From NCBI GenBank assembly GCA_049692235.1, contig JBAVOQ010000015.1:13186-77185 (forward strand): a stretch of 64,000 nucleotides of DNA, written 5' to 3'. The DNA comes from Acidobacteriaceae bacterium. GTDB taxonomy: Bacteria > Acidobacteriota > Terriglobia > Terriglobales > Acidobacteriaceae. The notes below the pieces were generated by a model. That model was given only the letters and a program-made list of their open reading frames with translations, had not been told where the DNA came from and did not search any database. Position numbers and translations under genes: made by a program. This document shows, piece by piece, positions 8,369-20,342 of the stretch (the first letter of the stretch is position 1; the number at the start of each line of letters is the position of its first letter).

Positions 8369-10825
8369 TCAGTTCTTGCTGACCGGCTGGATCACCTTCA
8401 CCAGATTTGCATCCGGTTCGCTCCAGGCCGTCGCGCCTGTGTGGGTGAACCGACGATGCGCATCGTCCCAGTGCAGTACGGTTATGCGGCCGCCGGTTTT
8501 CTCGTAATCGTAGGTGATGCCGTCATCGTGGTAGAGGTTGAAGGTGGCGTCGGTACCCGGGTAAATCCGAATTTCCTTAAGCTGCTGCGGCTGATCCATA
8601 TCCTCGACCGCATCGCCGACCGGCAGAATGGAGCCGGCACGCACAAACAGCGGAATCGTCTGGATGGGCGCATGCGCCGTGATCCACTGGCCCCCAGACA
8701 GCTTCTCGTTGGTCCAGTAGTTGTACCAGTCCGTTCCCGCCGGCAGATAAACCCTGCGGCTGGTCTGTCCCTGGTGGGTTACGGGCGCTACCAGGAAATC
8801 CGGCCCAAACATGAATTCGTCCGTCAGCCCGTTGACCATTGGATCTTTCGGGAAGTCCATGAATAAGGCGCGCATGTACGGTGCACCGGTCCGATACGTG
8901 TAGTGTGCCAGCGAGTAGATATAGGGAATCAACTCGTAGCGCATTCGCAGATATTTCTCAAGAATGGGCGTTGCCTGATCGCCGTAAGACCACACCGTGT
9001 TGGACCGCCGCATTCCGTGCGTTCGCAGGATAGGCATGAACACGCCGTACTCAAACCAGCGCACATACAGCTCCGGATAATCATCGTCCTGGCCTACGTT
9101 GTCGCGCGCCGTTGTTGGATCGATCAGCGGCGGATGTACCGGATGATGCACTGCGGGCAGACCCCAGAAGCCACCGACATCGTCGGTCCAGTAGGGAAGC
9201 CCGGATGCCGTCACGTCCAGACCTGCGGGCACCTGCCGCTGCAGCGTGTCCCACGTTGGCGAAATATCTGACGACCAGAAGATGTCGCCGTTGCGCTGCG
9301 CTCCCGTGTACGCTGCGCGGGCCAGAATCAGTGCGCGCTTGCCGGTATCCTTCCGCAGACCATCGTAGACGGCGGAGGTTTCGAACAGTGGGTAGACGTT
9401 GAAGTATTCCGTTCCGGGCCCGATATGAAAGTAGCTCCCGTTCGGTGGAATGTCCGGCTCCGTTTCATCCGTCCAGATCGAGTCGAAGCCCTGGCTCACG
9501 ATATTCTTGTCGATCGTCTGCCAGAACCATTTCGCGGCATCGGGATTGGTGACGTCCAGGTTGGCGCCAGTCATGTTGCCCGGGAGACCATTCGTCGTCA
9601 TCGGCTCTCCATTCGCCAGGTGATCGAACCATCCCTTCTTCATGAGCAGGTCGTAGTAGCGCGAGCCCGGCGCAAATCGCGGCCATACGCTGATCATGGT
9701 GTGGAAGCCCTTCTTGTGAAGCTCCGCGTTCATGGCCGCGGGATCGGGCCAGTCCGCGCGGATGAAATCCATATCTCCCATCTCCGGGTAATAGAAGAAA
9801 TCCACCACCAGATAGTCGCAGGGCAGATGCCGCTCGCGATAGCCTCTAGCCACATTCAGAATCTCTGCCTGTGTTGCGTATCGTTCCTTCGACTGAATAA
9901 ACCCATACGCGCCGATGGGCAGCAGATGCGCCGGTCCGGTCAGCAGCCGGTATCCCTCGTAGAGCTGATCGGTGGTGCTGCCCACCACCACGAAAAACGA
10001 GACACGCTGCCCCACCTGCGAAACCCAGCGCGTCTGTTCGTTGAAGCCAGGATCGACAGTCGTTTTCGATGGGTTATCCCACAGCACGGCGTAGCCTTTG
10101 TTCGTAACTAGAAACGGCACGCAGAAGCTCTCGCCGCCAGCCGCACCATAATCGCTCCAGCAATGTACATTTTGGTCGCGATGATCGAGCCGTCCCTCCT
10201 GGTTCTCTCCCAGCCCGTAGTCGTGTTCGCCCGGCTGCACGCCGAAGATCGCGCCCACGCGGTAGAACGGCGGATCGGAAGGCCGCCGATCTTGCAGGAT
10301 CTCCGTATCTCCCGAACCATGATCTGGGGGACTCATCGACCAGTTCTTCATATCCAGAATGGTCTGGCCGCCCGGCAACTGGAAGCGGATTCTCACGTTG
10401 GCATGGGGAGCTGCGCCACTGCTGCCGAAAAACTTGTTGATAGATTCTTGATGCAGCAGCTGCGGTCCACTCGCCTCAGGTGGGCCCACAATTGTGGCCG
10501 ACAGTTCCGGCGAGCCGTAGGTCTCGCCCTCTGGCGTGTTTTCATAGCGCCATCCAGTGGCGTCGGGCTTGGCGAGAATCCCGTATCCCGGCGCGGCAAC
10601 CGCAAACGGCTTCAGGGTGCTGATGCTCACGCGCACGATGTTGGGTGCGTACGGCTCCAGCACCACCGTCGTATTCTGCCAGCTCACCACCACCCGTCCC
10701 GGCTGGGCGCTCACGGTGCGTTCCCCCTGCCATGCCGGTTTCTGCTGCGCGCCGCAAGCGCCGGCAGTTATTGCCAGCGCCGCCACCGTCGCCAACCATC
10801 GCGTCCCATCCTTCATCGCTCGCAT
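8369..10825 (-). CDS. Glycoside hydrolase family 31 (alpha-xylosidase/alpha-glucosidase type)
   Basis: The start at 10825 gives a signal peptide (MRAMKDGTRWLATVAALAITAGACGAQ) and avoids overlap with the upstream gene. GH31-like motifs: GFDSIWTDETEPD, IFWSSDISPTW, YWTDDVGGF. Confidence 0.75.
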   Translation of the reverse strand: MRAMKDGTRWLATVAALAITAGACGAQQKPAWQGERTVSAQPGRVVVSWQNTTVVLEPYAPNIVRVSISTLKPFAVAAPGYGILAKPDATGWRYENTPEGETYGSPELSATIVGPPEASGPQLLHQESINKFFGSSGAAPHANVRIRFQLPGGQTILDMKNWSMSPPDHGSGDTEILQDRRPSDPPFYRVGAIFGVQPGEHDYGLGENQEGRLDHRDQNVHCWSDYGAAGGESFCVPFLVTNKGYAVLWDNPSKTTVDPGFNEQTRWVSQVGQRVSFFVVVGSTTDQLYEGYRLLTGPAHLLPIGAYGFIQSKERYATQAEILNVARGYRERHLPCDYLVVDFFYYPEMGDMDFIRADWPDPAAMNAELHKKGFHTMISVWPRFAPGSRYYDLLMKKGWFDHLANGEPMTTNGLPGNMTGANLDVTNPDAAKWFWQTIDKNIVSQGFDSIWTDETEPDIPPNGSYFHIGPGTEYFNVYPLFETSAVYDGLRKDTGKRALILARAAYTGAQRNGDIFWSSDISPTWDTLQRQVPAGLDVTASGLPYWTDDVGGFWGLPAVHHPVHPPLIDPTTARDNVGQDDDYPELYVRWFEYGVFMPILRTHGMRRSNTVWSYGDQATPILEKYLRMRYELIPYIYSLAHYTYRTGAPYMRALFMDFPKDPMVNGLTDEFMFGPDFLVAPVTHQGQTSRRVYLPAGTDWYNYWTNEKLSGGQWITAHAPIQTIPLFVRAGSILPVGDAVEDMDQPQQLKEIRIYPGTDATFNLYHDDGITYDYEKTGGRITVLHWDDAHRRFTHTGATAWSEPDANLVKVIQPVSKN

Positions 10826-10848
10826 ATTTGCGCCTCTCCGCGCCCAGT

Positions 10849-13041
10849 TCAGTGTTCTACCGGAAAACGGTAGATATCTACGCTGATCGGCGCAACCGAC
10901 AGCCTGTGCACTGAGCCGCTCACCGTGCTCCTTGTGATCGCGACCAGCGGTGCCTGCCCCACCTGATCCGCGGCTTGCAAGTCCTTGCCCGTGATCTGCC
11001 ATAGCGTCGGCTGCCCCTGCAGCCGCACTCCGGCTATGTTCAGATCGAAGCCGCGCGCCGAATCAGTTGCATTCACCACCGCCAGCGTCAGGTACTTGCG
11101 GTCGGGCGTCAGCGCGGCGAACATGTCCAGCGGATACGTCGGGCTGCCTGAGTTGGTCTCCGGCTGGTCGCCGCCCACCGGGTATTGCGGCTGCGGTGAG
11201 TTTCCGGTGAGCGCCACTGGTATCGAACCCGGAACAAAGCTATCCCCATAGAGCTTGTACACCAGCCCGGTGGTATTCAGGACGGCTGCCGTCGGCGTGT
11301 AATCGAGCGTGGAAACCCCCATCGTTCGTGCCGACATGCGCAGGAAATCCGTATGCCGCAGCATCTCGTTCAGAATCATCCCGTACGCCAGCGCCATCTT
11401 CAAGTCCGGAGCGCGGTTGAAGCTTCCGCCGAAGTACGCATACTCGTCGATGGAGAGAAACGTGTGATCGTTCACCAACTGCGGAAACCGCTGCTGATAG
11501 CGGCGCCACGTCTGGGCGTACAGGTGGACGATGTTGGCCGGATACCGCGCATATTCAAGCGGCGTCTGGTCCACCTTGTCGTAACCGGCGTCCGTCGGAG
11601 CGTCCAGCGGCAGGCCCTTTGCCTTTTCCACATCGAAGTGCTGACCGGACCGGGCGTACCAGTGCTGCGTGATGCCGGAGAAATTGCCCCAGCAATTCTC
11701 GATCTCCCCGCCGGTCCAGTCTTCCGGCGTGCCTTCGACGGCCTTCATGTTGTCAACATCCTTGGCGCGCATCGCGCCCGTCAGGTCCATGGGCTCGGGC
11801 ATATTGCCGGAAGCGAGCAGCACGATCGACGGGTCGGCTTTGCGCATCGCCGCCGCGAATTCGTTGTGCTTCAGCACGTAATACTTCAAGTCTGTGCGAC
11901 CCAACTGCCATACGCCGTAAGGTTCGTTGCCGATGTCCCAGTATCTGATATGATATGGCGCGGGATGCCCGTTCCGCGCCCGCTCCGCGCCCAGCCGCGT
12001 GGTCACGGCTCCATTCATATATTCCACTTCTTCAGCCGCCGAGTGTGCGTCGCCGAACCCGGCGTTCACGGTGATGTACGGTTCCACGCCGATCAGCCGG
12101 CACAGCGTCATGAACTCATCCAGGCCCACGTCGTTCGACTGCATGGCGTTCCACGCGTAGTCGTAGGTGGGCGGCCGCTTGTCGAGCGGGCCCACGCCGT
12201 TGTACCAACTCCAGTCGGAAAGAAAGTTGCCGCCGGGCAGTCGCCAGAAGCCGCTGTGTAGCTGGCGCAGCAGCGCGATCGTGTCGGGACGGAATCCCTC
12301 GATGTTGTCCGCAGGCATCAGCGAAACTGTCCCTACGTGAAAATTCCCAGTACCTGTGCCGGTTATCTCGAAAGTCGCATCGCTGCTGCCGGACTTGGCT
12401 GTGAAGTGGAAAAGAAAGTTGGCATAGGCGCTCGGCAGGTGCGCAAGGGAAGCCGTCTGCCGCTCGCCCGCGCCTTGGCCCCAGATCAACGAGACAGTTA
12501 CTGTGCTGCCTAGCGTGCCCTTCAGACAGATGTGTCCGATGTACTGCTTACCTTTCACCACCGCCAGCCCCGATTGCTGAATGCCGCGCGGTACTGACTC
12601 ATCAAGGGCGATGCGCGGGCTCTGTTCGCCGACAAACGGCTGCGCTTTGTCCATCGTCACAGCTGCCGCCGGGCCAACGGGAAGCCATTTCCGAAGCTGC
12701 ATCCCAGGCATGCCTCCGTGTTGCTGGCCGTGGACCGGAGGCGCTGCTGGAGCGATCGGGAAGTAGAATTTGCGGTCGTCCAGCATCTCCGACCAGAGGC
12801 TGCGATAGACAAGCGGCCCGAGGTGCTCAATGAACATGCCGAACTGGTATTTGGAAGTCGGCTTCGCGATTTGCTGCGTGTCAACCGTGACGGCCAGGGG
12901 CGGGGCGGCCTTGGCGGTCTGCTGACCTGCAGCGACCGCCGCGCCGACGAACCATAAGCCAGAAAGCGCCAGCATCGCGCACGATACTTTTCCGGCGCAC
13001 CACGCTCTCGATTCATTTTGTTGCGTCCCACTTTCGGCCAT
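10849..13041 (-). CDS. GH51-like alpha-L-arabinofuranosidase with an N-terminal carbohydrate-binding-like domain
   Basis: LPGGNFLSDWSWYNGVGPLDKRPP...NDVGLDEFMTLCRLIGVEPYITVNAGFG...EEVEYMNG...RYWDIGNEPYGVWQLG follows the GH51 catalytic-domain pattern (GGNF..W..G.GP..RP / GNE acid-base). A signal-like hydrophobic N-terminus is present. Confidence 0.75.
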   Translation of the reverse strand: MAESGTQQNESRAWCAGKVSCAMLALSGLWFVGAAVAAGQQTAKAAPPLAVTVDTQQIAKPTSKYQFGMFIEHLGPLVYRSLWSEMLDDRKFYFPIAPAAPPVHGQQHGGMPGMQLRKWLPVGPAAAVTMDKAQPFVGEQSPRIALDESVPRGIQQSGLAVVKGKQYIGHICLKGTLGSTVTVSLIWGQGAGERQTASLAHLPSAYANFLFHFTAKSGSSDATFEITGTGTGNFHVGTVSLMPADNIEGFRPDTIALLRQLHSGFWRLPGGNFLSDWSWYNGVGPLDKRPPTYDYAWNAMQSNDVGLDEFMTLCRLIGVEPYITVNAGFGDAHSAAEEVEYMNGAVTTRLGAERARNGHPAPYHIRYWDIGNEPYGVWQLGRTDLKYYVLKHNEFAAAMRKADPSIVLLASGNMPEPMDLTGAMRAKDVDNMKAVEGTPEDWTGGEIENCWGNFSGITQHWYARSGQHFDVEKAKGLPLDAPTDAGYDKVDQTPLEYARYPANIVHLYAQTWRRYQQRFPQLVNDHTFLSIDEYAYFGGSFNRAPDLKMALAYGMILNEMLRHTDFLRMSARTMGVSTLDYTPTAAVLNTTGLVYKLYGDSFVPGSIPVALTGNSPQPQYPVGGDQPETNSGSPTYPLDMFAALTPDRKYLTLAVVNATDSARGFDLNIAGVRLQGQPTLWQITGKDLQAADQVGQAPLVAITRSTVSGSVHRLSVAPISVDIYRFPVEH

Positions 13042-13329
13042 GCAGCCCTCGTCTAAATCGATTTTGTTCGTGAGCGCGACAACGTCGTTATCGACGCGTG
13101 CCTATGCTAACACCAGGAAATATCGAATGAAAAGGGCGTGCGTTGCCAATCATGAATCGGTTAACTTCGTTCGCGCATGGCTTGCAAACTGTTGCACCAT
13201 GCGAGTACTATTTGGCTGTTTCTGGAGCACTAAATCCATTTAGCTGAATTGGCGAACGCTTCCTCGTGGCGGCGATCGTTCGCGGGCCGACTCTCGTTCT
13301 GACCGGCGGGGTCGATCATAGGCAGCTAA

Positions 13330-14688
<1,359 letters not shown>

Positions 14689-14825
14689 GGTGTGTAGCTT
14701 CCGGGCCGGCCTACTGCATGCGGCCAGTTCCCGGCTGAGCACGCGGGACTGCGTTTTATTCTTGCCGCCCGACAGGTACGGAGACGACCACAGGATACTT
14801 ATTCGCAACTCGGGAAAGGCTCTGC

Positions 14826-16370
14826 ATGAGATGTCACCGATTTCTGCTTCTGTCTGTCGCCGTCTGCTCCGCTGTGATGACCTGCAGGGCGCAGACAGGG
14901 AGTTCCTGTTCCGCTCTCAATAACCTAAAAATGGACGGGGTTGAGATCACGGGCGCGACTGAGGTCCCCGCAAACGGTCCGCTGCCGTCCTCGTATCCGC
15001 GCTACAGCGGCTCGCTGCCCGCGCATTGCCGGGTGGAGGGTGTGATTCACCGGCGCAAGGGTGTTGACGGCGTCGAGTACGGCATTGGTTTTGCAGTCGC
15101 CCTGCCCGCGAGAAGCGCCTGGAACGGCGACTTCATGATGCAGGGCGGAGGAGGCAGCAACGGCATCGTCGACTATCCAGCCGGGAATTCTTACTCCGGC
15201 GACAAATCGGCGCTGGAACGCGGCTTCGCGGTCGCCAGCACCGATACAGGGCACAGGTCCCGGACCGGCTTCGACTTCTCGTTCATGCGCGATCAGCAAG
15301 CGTATCTCGACTTCGCCTACCAGGCCAACGCCGAAGTGGCCGGCGTGGCCAAGCAGATCATCACACGCTACTACGACAGGCCGGCAGCTTACTCGTATTT
15401 CGTCGGGTGCTCAACTGGCGGACGCGAGGGGATGATCCTCTCGCAGCGTTTCCCCACGGTCTTTAACGGCATAGTCGTCGGCGACCCCGCGATGCGCACC
15501 GGCCTCTCCAATCTCGCTATCGGGCAGTGGATTCCCGTGGCCTGGAACCAGGCGGCTCCGAAGGACGCATCGGGTAAGCCGGAGATCGAAAAGCTTTTTA
15601 CGGACGCGGATCGCAAGCTTGTCATCGATGCACTGGTGAAGAAGTGCGACGTGCTCGATGGGGTGGCGGACGGAATGATCTTCGATCCCATCGGCTGCCA
15701 TTTCGATCCTGAGGAGATCGCCTGCAAGCCCGGACAGCGCGAAGGCTGTCTGGCGCCGGAGAAAGCCGCGGCGATCAGGAAGGCCTTCGCCGGTCCGAAG
15801 AACGCTTACGGCATGCAGGTGTATCCGGGATTCCTCTATGACACCGGGATCGCAGCTTCTGGCCCATTGCCGGGGCTGCTGAATCCGCATTCCCGCGGAC
15901 TCTTCGGACCCGTCACGACGGCGACGACGCTTGATGTGAACAAGGCAGCTCTCCACGCCTCCGAACCGCTGGTCGAACCTGCTGCGAAGAATCTCTCCAC
16001 CTTTTCGGGGAACGGCGGGAAGGTGATTTTCTTCCACGGCGACAGCGATCCGTGGTTCTCGCCGCTCGACACGTTTGAGTACTATCAGTCGCTCGCCGCA
16101 GCCAATGGCGGAGCCGAACAGGTCGCCACGTGGAGCCGGTTATTCTTCGTTCCCGGCATGAGCCACTGCGGGGGCGGTCCCTCACTGGACCATTTCGACA
16201 TGCTGGACGCGGTGGTGGATTGGGTTGAGAAAGGAACCGCACCCGATTCGGTGATCGCCACCGGGAAGGCATTTCCGGGAAGAAGCCGCCCGCTTTGCGC
16301 CTATCCCAAGTACGCGCAGTACAGCGGACACGGGAACACGCAGGATGCCAGCAGTTTTGTGTGCCGGTAG
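14826..16370 (+). CDS. Tannase / feruloyl esterase family protein
   Basis: Signal peptide MRCHRFLLLSVAVCSAVMTCRAQ. Hallmark motif FVGCSTGGREGM (GCSxGGR) plus the C-terminal PGMSHCGGG. Confidence 0.8.
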   Translation: MRCHRFLLLSVAVCSAVMTCRAQTGSSCSALNNLKMDGVEITGATEVPANGPLPSSYPRYSGSLPAHCRVEGVIHRRKGVDGVEYGIGFAVALPARSAWNGDFMMQGGGGSNGIVDYPAGNSYSGDKSALERGFAVASTDTGHRSRTGFDFSFMRDQQAYLDFAYQANAEVAGVAKQIITRYYDRPAAYSYFVGCSTGGREGMILSQRFPTVFNGIVVGDPAMRTGLSNLAIGQWIPVAWNQAAPKDASGKPEIEKLFTDADRKLVIDALVKKCDVLDGVADGMIFDPIGCHFDPEEIACKPGQREGCLAPEKAAAIRKAFAGPKNAYGMQVYPGFLYDTGIAASGPLPGLLNPHSRGLFGPVTTATTLDVNKAALHASEPLVEPAAKNLSTFSGNGGKVIFFHGDSDPWFSPLDTFEYYQSLAAANGGAEQVATWSRLFFVPGMSHCGGGPSLDHFDMLDAVVDWVEKGTAPDSVIATGKAFPGRSRPLCAYPKYAQYSGHGNTQDASSFVCR

Positions 16371-16443
16371 TGCGAGCGTACGGGACATTTTGCAAAACGT
16401 GCACGCCACATCGACTTGACCAACGTAAGAGAGGGAGCCCCCG

Positions 16444-19018
16444 ATGCATTTCCGACTGCGAACAGTTCTGGTAGTGTTCTCGCTCATTCCACTGTTCCGA
16501 ACCCCTGCGGCTTTTGGGGCGGACCCAACCCTCCAAATGAAGGTCACGTCCAACGGCTATCTCGATGCGCGAGGCGTCAGTGTCATGCTCTACGACAGCG
16601 CCTTCAGCCCCGTTTTCTTCGACCAGAAAGACGCGGGCATGCAAATCATCCTGCACGGCAATCGCGTGGCTACGAACGGCAGCCTGCGCCTGCTCGCCAC
16701 GCCCGAGCAGTGGGACGCCATTCCGACCATCAAAGCCCATCAGCCCGATCAGGAACACGATCGTCTTACGGCCGATCTGTCGTATCCCGATTACCACCTG
16801 GACTATCACGTTGTGATTGCCGCCGAGCCGGGGGGGAATCCGCGTGAGCGTGAACCTCGATCAGCCGCTGCCGGAGAGTCTGGTCGGCCGCGCCGGCTAC
16901 AATCTCGAGTTCCTGCCCTCAATCTACATGGATAAGGCGTACACGGTAGACAACAAGGTTTTCGGCGTTATGCCTCGTTATCCCGAAGACAAAATGACCA
17001 CGGCTCAGCCCAGGCCCAGCGATCCGAAGCGGGTATGGTATGTCGAGCAATGGCACAAAGCAGAGGGTTACACCGAGCCGTTGCCCATTGCCTCCGGGCA
17101 GACAATCACACTGGCCGCGAACGATCCGCTCGACCGCATCTCCGTCACTTCGGACTCCGGCCCGCTTCAGCTCTTTGACGGTCGCGATAAGGCGCAGAAC
17201 GGATGGTTCGTGCTTCGCACGCTCATTCCAGCGGGCAAGACGAAGGACGCGCTGGTGTGGCATCTCCGGCCCAATTACATCCCGAACTGGACCCGGCCGC
17301 CGATCATCGCACACAGCCAGGCCGGATATGCGGCGGATTTTCAGAAGATCGCCATTCTCGAACTCGACCCCAACTTCGACGCGCCCGGAACCGCGAAACT
17401 GCTGCGCCTTTCTGATGACGGCTCGTTTCAGGAAATATTTACGGGGCCCATCTCGAAGCCCAAGCCCTGGCTGCGCTATGTCTACTCGAAGTTCGATTTC
17501 TCTTCAGTGAAAGATCCCGGCCTCTATGTCATCGAGTATGGCGGGCGGCGAAGCGATGTCTTTCCCATCATCGAGAACGTCTACGACAAGACTTGGCAGA
17601 CAACGCTCGATGGCTTTCTCGCCGTGCAAATGGATCACGTCTCCGTGCAGGATGGCTACCACATGTGGCATGGCGTGGCGCATCTCGACGATGCGCGCCA
17701 GGCCCCACCCAACACACCGCACTTTGACGGTTACGATATGGGGCCGAACACGTATTCGCCGTACAAGCCGGGCGAGCACATCCCGGGTCTGAACGTCGGC
17801 GGATGGTTCGACGCCGGCGATTTCGATAACGACGATTACGGTCAGTACGCGACCATTCAGAACCTTTCGCTGGCCTGGAGCACCTTTCCTATGAAGTGGG
17901 ACCAACTCACCGTGGACGAGAAGGCGCGCTCCGTCCAGATGCACCGCCCTGACGGGATTCCCGATGTCGTGCAGCAGGTAGAACATGGCGTACTGCAGCA
18001 ACTCGCGCAGATCAAGGCTGTCGGGCACCCGTTCACGGGGATTCAGTCGGCGTGGCTTTCGCAATACACCTTCGTTGGCGATGCCGCCTCGCAGACGGAC
18101 AACCGCCTGTATGACCCAAAGCTCTCGCCCAATCAGATTCAGGGTAATTTCTCCGGGAAGCCGGACGACCGCTGGGCATGGACCCGCTACACGACGTTCA
18201 ACCAATATGGCGCGGCGGCATCGCTGGCCGCAGCCTCCCGCGTGCTCCGGGGCTGGAATGATCCGCTGGCGAAGGAGTGCCTCGATACCGCTATCAAGCT
18301 CTGGGACGACGAGAAGACGCACCCTGCGCCCAACCCGCCGCGGATGTTTCCCGGCATGGGTTCGCCGGACTGGTCGGCCGCGCTCGAGCTTATGATCGCC
18401 ACCGACGGTGCCCAGCCGTACAAGCAGCGAGTCGAGGAACTGTTCCCCTCCATGATCACTCACATGGGCTTCCGCGGATGGACGGCGGTGCGCGCTCTGC
18501 CGTATCTGGATGCCAGCTACAAGTCCCGCTTCAAAGCAGCGCTCCAGGCTTGGCTGCCGGAGCTGAACCGCCAGCTCGACGCAACTCCCTTTGGCGTGCC
18601 ACCCACACGCGGCGATTGGGGCGGCTCAGAACAAGTCGCCAACTTCGGTGCTGAGATGTACTTCCTGCACGAGACTTTTCCCGACATCGTCGGCCCGGAG
18701 TACACCCTTCGCGCAGCCAACTACCTGCTCGGCATGCACCCGGTTTCGAGCGAGTCTTATATCGCTGCCATCGGCACGGCCTCGAAGCTGCATACCTACT
18801 CGAACAATCGCGGCGATAACTCGTATATCCCGGGAGCCATGATCCCGGGGTACATCGTGATCAAGCCGGATTTCCCGGAATGCATCGCGGACTTCGGAAT
18901 GCTCTGGTATGAAGACGAAACCACCGTCTCAGCGGCCAGTAGCTGGATTCTGGAGGCGAATGCAGCCGAGGCCATCGTAAGGGAGAAGACCGCTTTGAAC
19001 GGCGGTCTGAAGCGATGA
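16444..19018 (+). pseudogene. Glycoside hydrolase family 9 with an Ig-like N-domain, split into two ORFs by a +1 frameshift in a G7 run
   Basis: ORF 16444..16935 (signal peptide, ends ..HVVIAAEPGG) and ORF 16817..19018 (..GGIRVSVNLDQ..) join seamlessly if the G run 16830..16836 had 6 Gs. The downstream part has a CelD_N-like domain (IAHSQAGY...DFSSVKDPGLYVIEYGG) and the GH9 motif NVGGWFDAGDFDND. Confidence 0.65.
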
Positions 19019-19267
19019 GTTCGGGCTCTTGTCACCGAGGGAGCGGATGGAGAAGGAGACGGGTGTCTTTTCGTGTGCGACTGCTATGCAGAAGATACCG
19101 CAGCGGACTGCCAAATCGGCAATTCCGGCAGTTTCGCGATCCTAACTCTCCAACTCCGAGATCTATCTCACGAAGAAGATCCGGCTGGCAGACGGCGTCG
19201 GATTCCGCTTCGACACCCGAATCTTCAACGGGTTAAACGGCCACGCTTTGCCCTGCCCGCGGAAGAT

Positions 19268-20191
19268 TCAGGCCGGGATTCCTGGCGAGTCTTTGATGCG
19301 GACCGATTCCGGCGGGCTGACTGGCAAATTTCGCCCAGGGTCTGCTCGGTGTTGGCATTTCGTTGACAGCTCCCCGCGGATGATTGCGTTCGAAGCGACA
19401 GTCGAGTTCTGATCATCGGAAGGACCCCTCGCAAGGGTCTCTATCGAGTAGGTGGCTACTGTCTTCAGTCCCCAATCAATATCGCTCCACTGCAACCCGA
19501 GGGTCTCGCTCACGCGGAGGCCGAGGCACGCCATCGTGGCGCCCATCATGTTCACATGTATCGGCAAGTGACTCATTACGTCCCAGAATTGCTCCGGTGT
19601 CAGGACGACGGCTTCCTTACTTCTTTTAGTGACGCCTTTGATCTCGACGAATTCAAGGGGATTTCTACGCTCAACAGGCAGTTATTCCCAAAGCGTAGCC
19701 AATTTAAAGAGCGTGTGCATCAGGCTGCGTAAATGTCCCTTTGAAATGGGTGCCAGCGAGAGAGATTGAAACCACGAATGCAGTTCATCTGGTCGGATCT
19801 CCAGCAACAGGTATTTGCCCCACTTAGGACGGAGATGATTTCGGATGAGCGAGCGGTAAGAATCGGCAGTGGACTTGCGGGCCGGAATCTCCTCCGAAAT
19901 ATACCGATCCAGCAGAGCACCGAAAGTCACTCCAGCGGAGCGTCCGTAGTCGGTCCCTCTGTTCAATTGGAGAATCTGTGTTTCCAGCGCCTTTCTGACT
20001 TCTGACTTCGACTTATAGAGTTTGCCGTCAAGGATCTGTGTTCTAAGTTTTCTCTTCCCATCTTCGTCCACGTAATAGCGGAATTCCCAGGCGAATCCGG
20101 CAGCTCGCCTGACCGTCCGGATACTTCTGTTGATAGCGGGGTCTTTTGATTCGCACCATAGCCCTCGAGTGTGGTTTTGGGGGAAGCTCAT
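19268..20191 (-). pseudogene. Decayed tyrosine recombinase (phage-type integrase) adjacent to tRNA-Cys
   Basis: The N-terminal/core-binding part (20191..19685) is ended by an in-frame TAA at 19682..19684. The same frame continues into ..AVVLTPEQFWDV..GLRVSETLGLQWSDIDW (start of the catalytic domain, first Arg). The ORF then degenerates and stops at 19268 without the HxxR...Y catalytic residues. Confidence 0.7.
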
Positions 20192-20252
20192 CTTAAAATG
20201 GTGTTCAATGGTGTCGCCATTGTAAAGAGGGCTGTTTAACTTATTGATATTA

Positions 20253-20328
20253 TGGAGCACCGGGCGGGAATCGAACCCGCGAATACTGGTTTTGCAGACC
20301 AGCGCGTTAGCCACTTCACCACCGGTGC
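20253..20328 (-). tRNA. tRNA-Cys (anticodon GCA)
   Basis: The reverse complement folds by hand into a cloverleaf. Acceptor GCACCGG/CCGGTGC; anticodon stem CTGGT/ACCAG with loop CTGCAAA; T-arm GCGGG-TTCGATT-CCCGC; encoded CCA; A13:A22 mismatch as known for bacterial tRNA-Cys. Confidence 0.9.
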
Positions 20329-20342
20329 TCTTGGTTGAATCA

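Noticed and set aside
5417-8866. Long plus-strand ORFs 5417..6910 (497 aa) and 7409..8866 (485 aa)
   Set aside because: They lie antisense to the well-supported GH3 and GH31 genes. Their products are Arg/Ala/Gly/His-rich with no recognisable motifs, which is the typical shadow-ORF pattern in GC-rich DNA. The same reasoning applies to 17504..18463, 32627..33757, 34264..35040, 36496..37215, 47404..48399, 51016..51984, 55090..55986 and 57251..58321.
13178-13196. Sigma-54-like promoter (TGGCTTGCAAACTGTTGCA) between the GH51 and esterase genes
   Set aside because: The spacing between the TGGC and TTGC elements is 3 nt longer than the canonical TGGCAC-N5-TTGC, and the GG/GC context is imperfect.
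19146-19245. Plus-strand frame reading ..EIYLTKKIRLADGVGFRFDTRIFNGLNGHA.., reminiscent of the FRxxxFNxxNH repeat motif of acidobacterial TonB-dependent receptors
   Set aside because: Only ~30 residues resemble the motif. The frame is bounded by a stop at 19143 and is surrounded by non-coding-looking sequence next to the integrase remnant. That is too short to call a pseudogene without a tblastn-type search.
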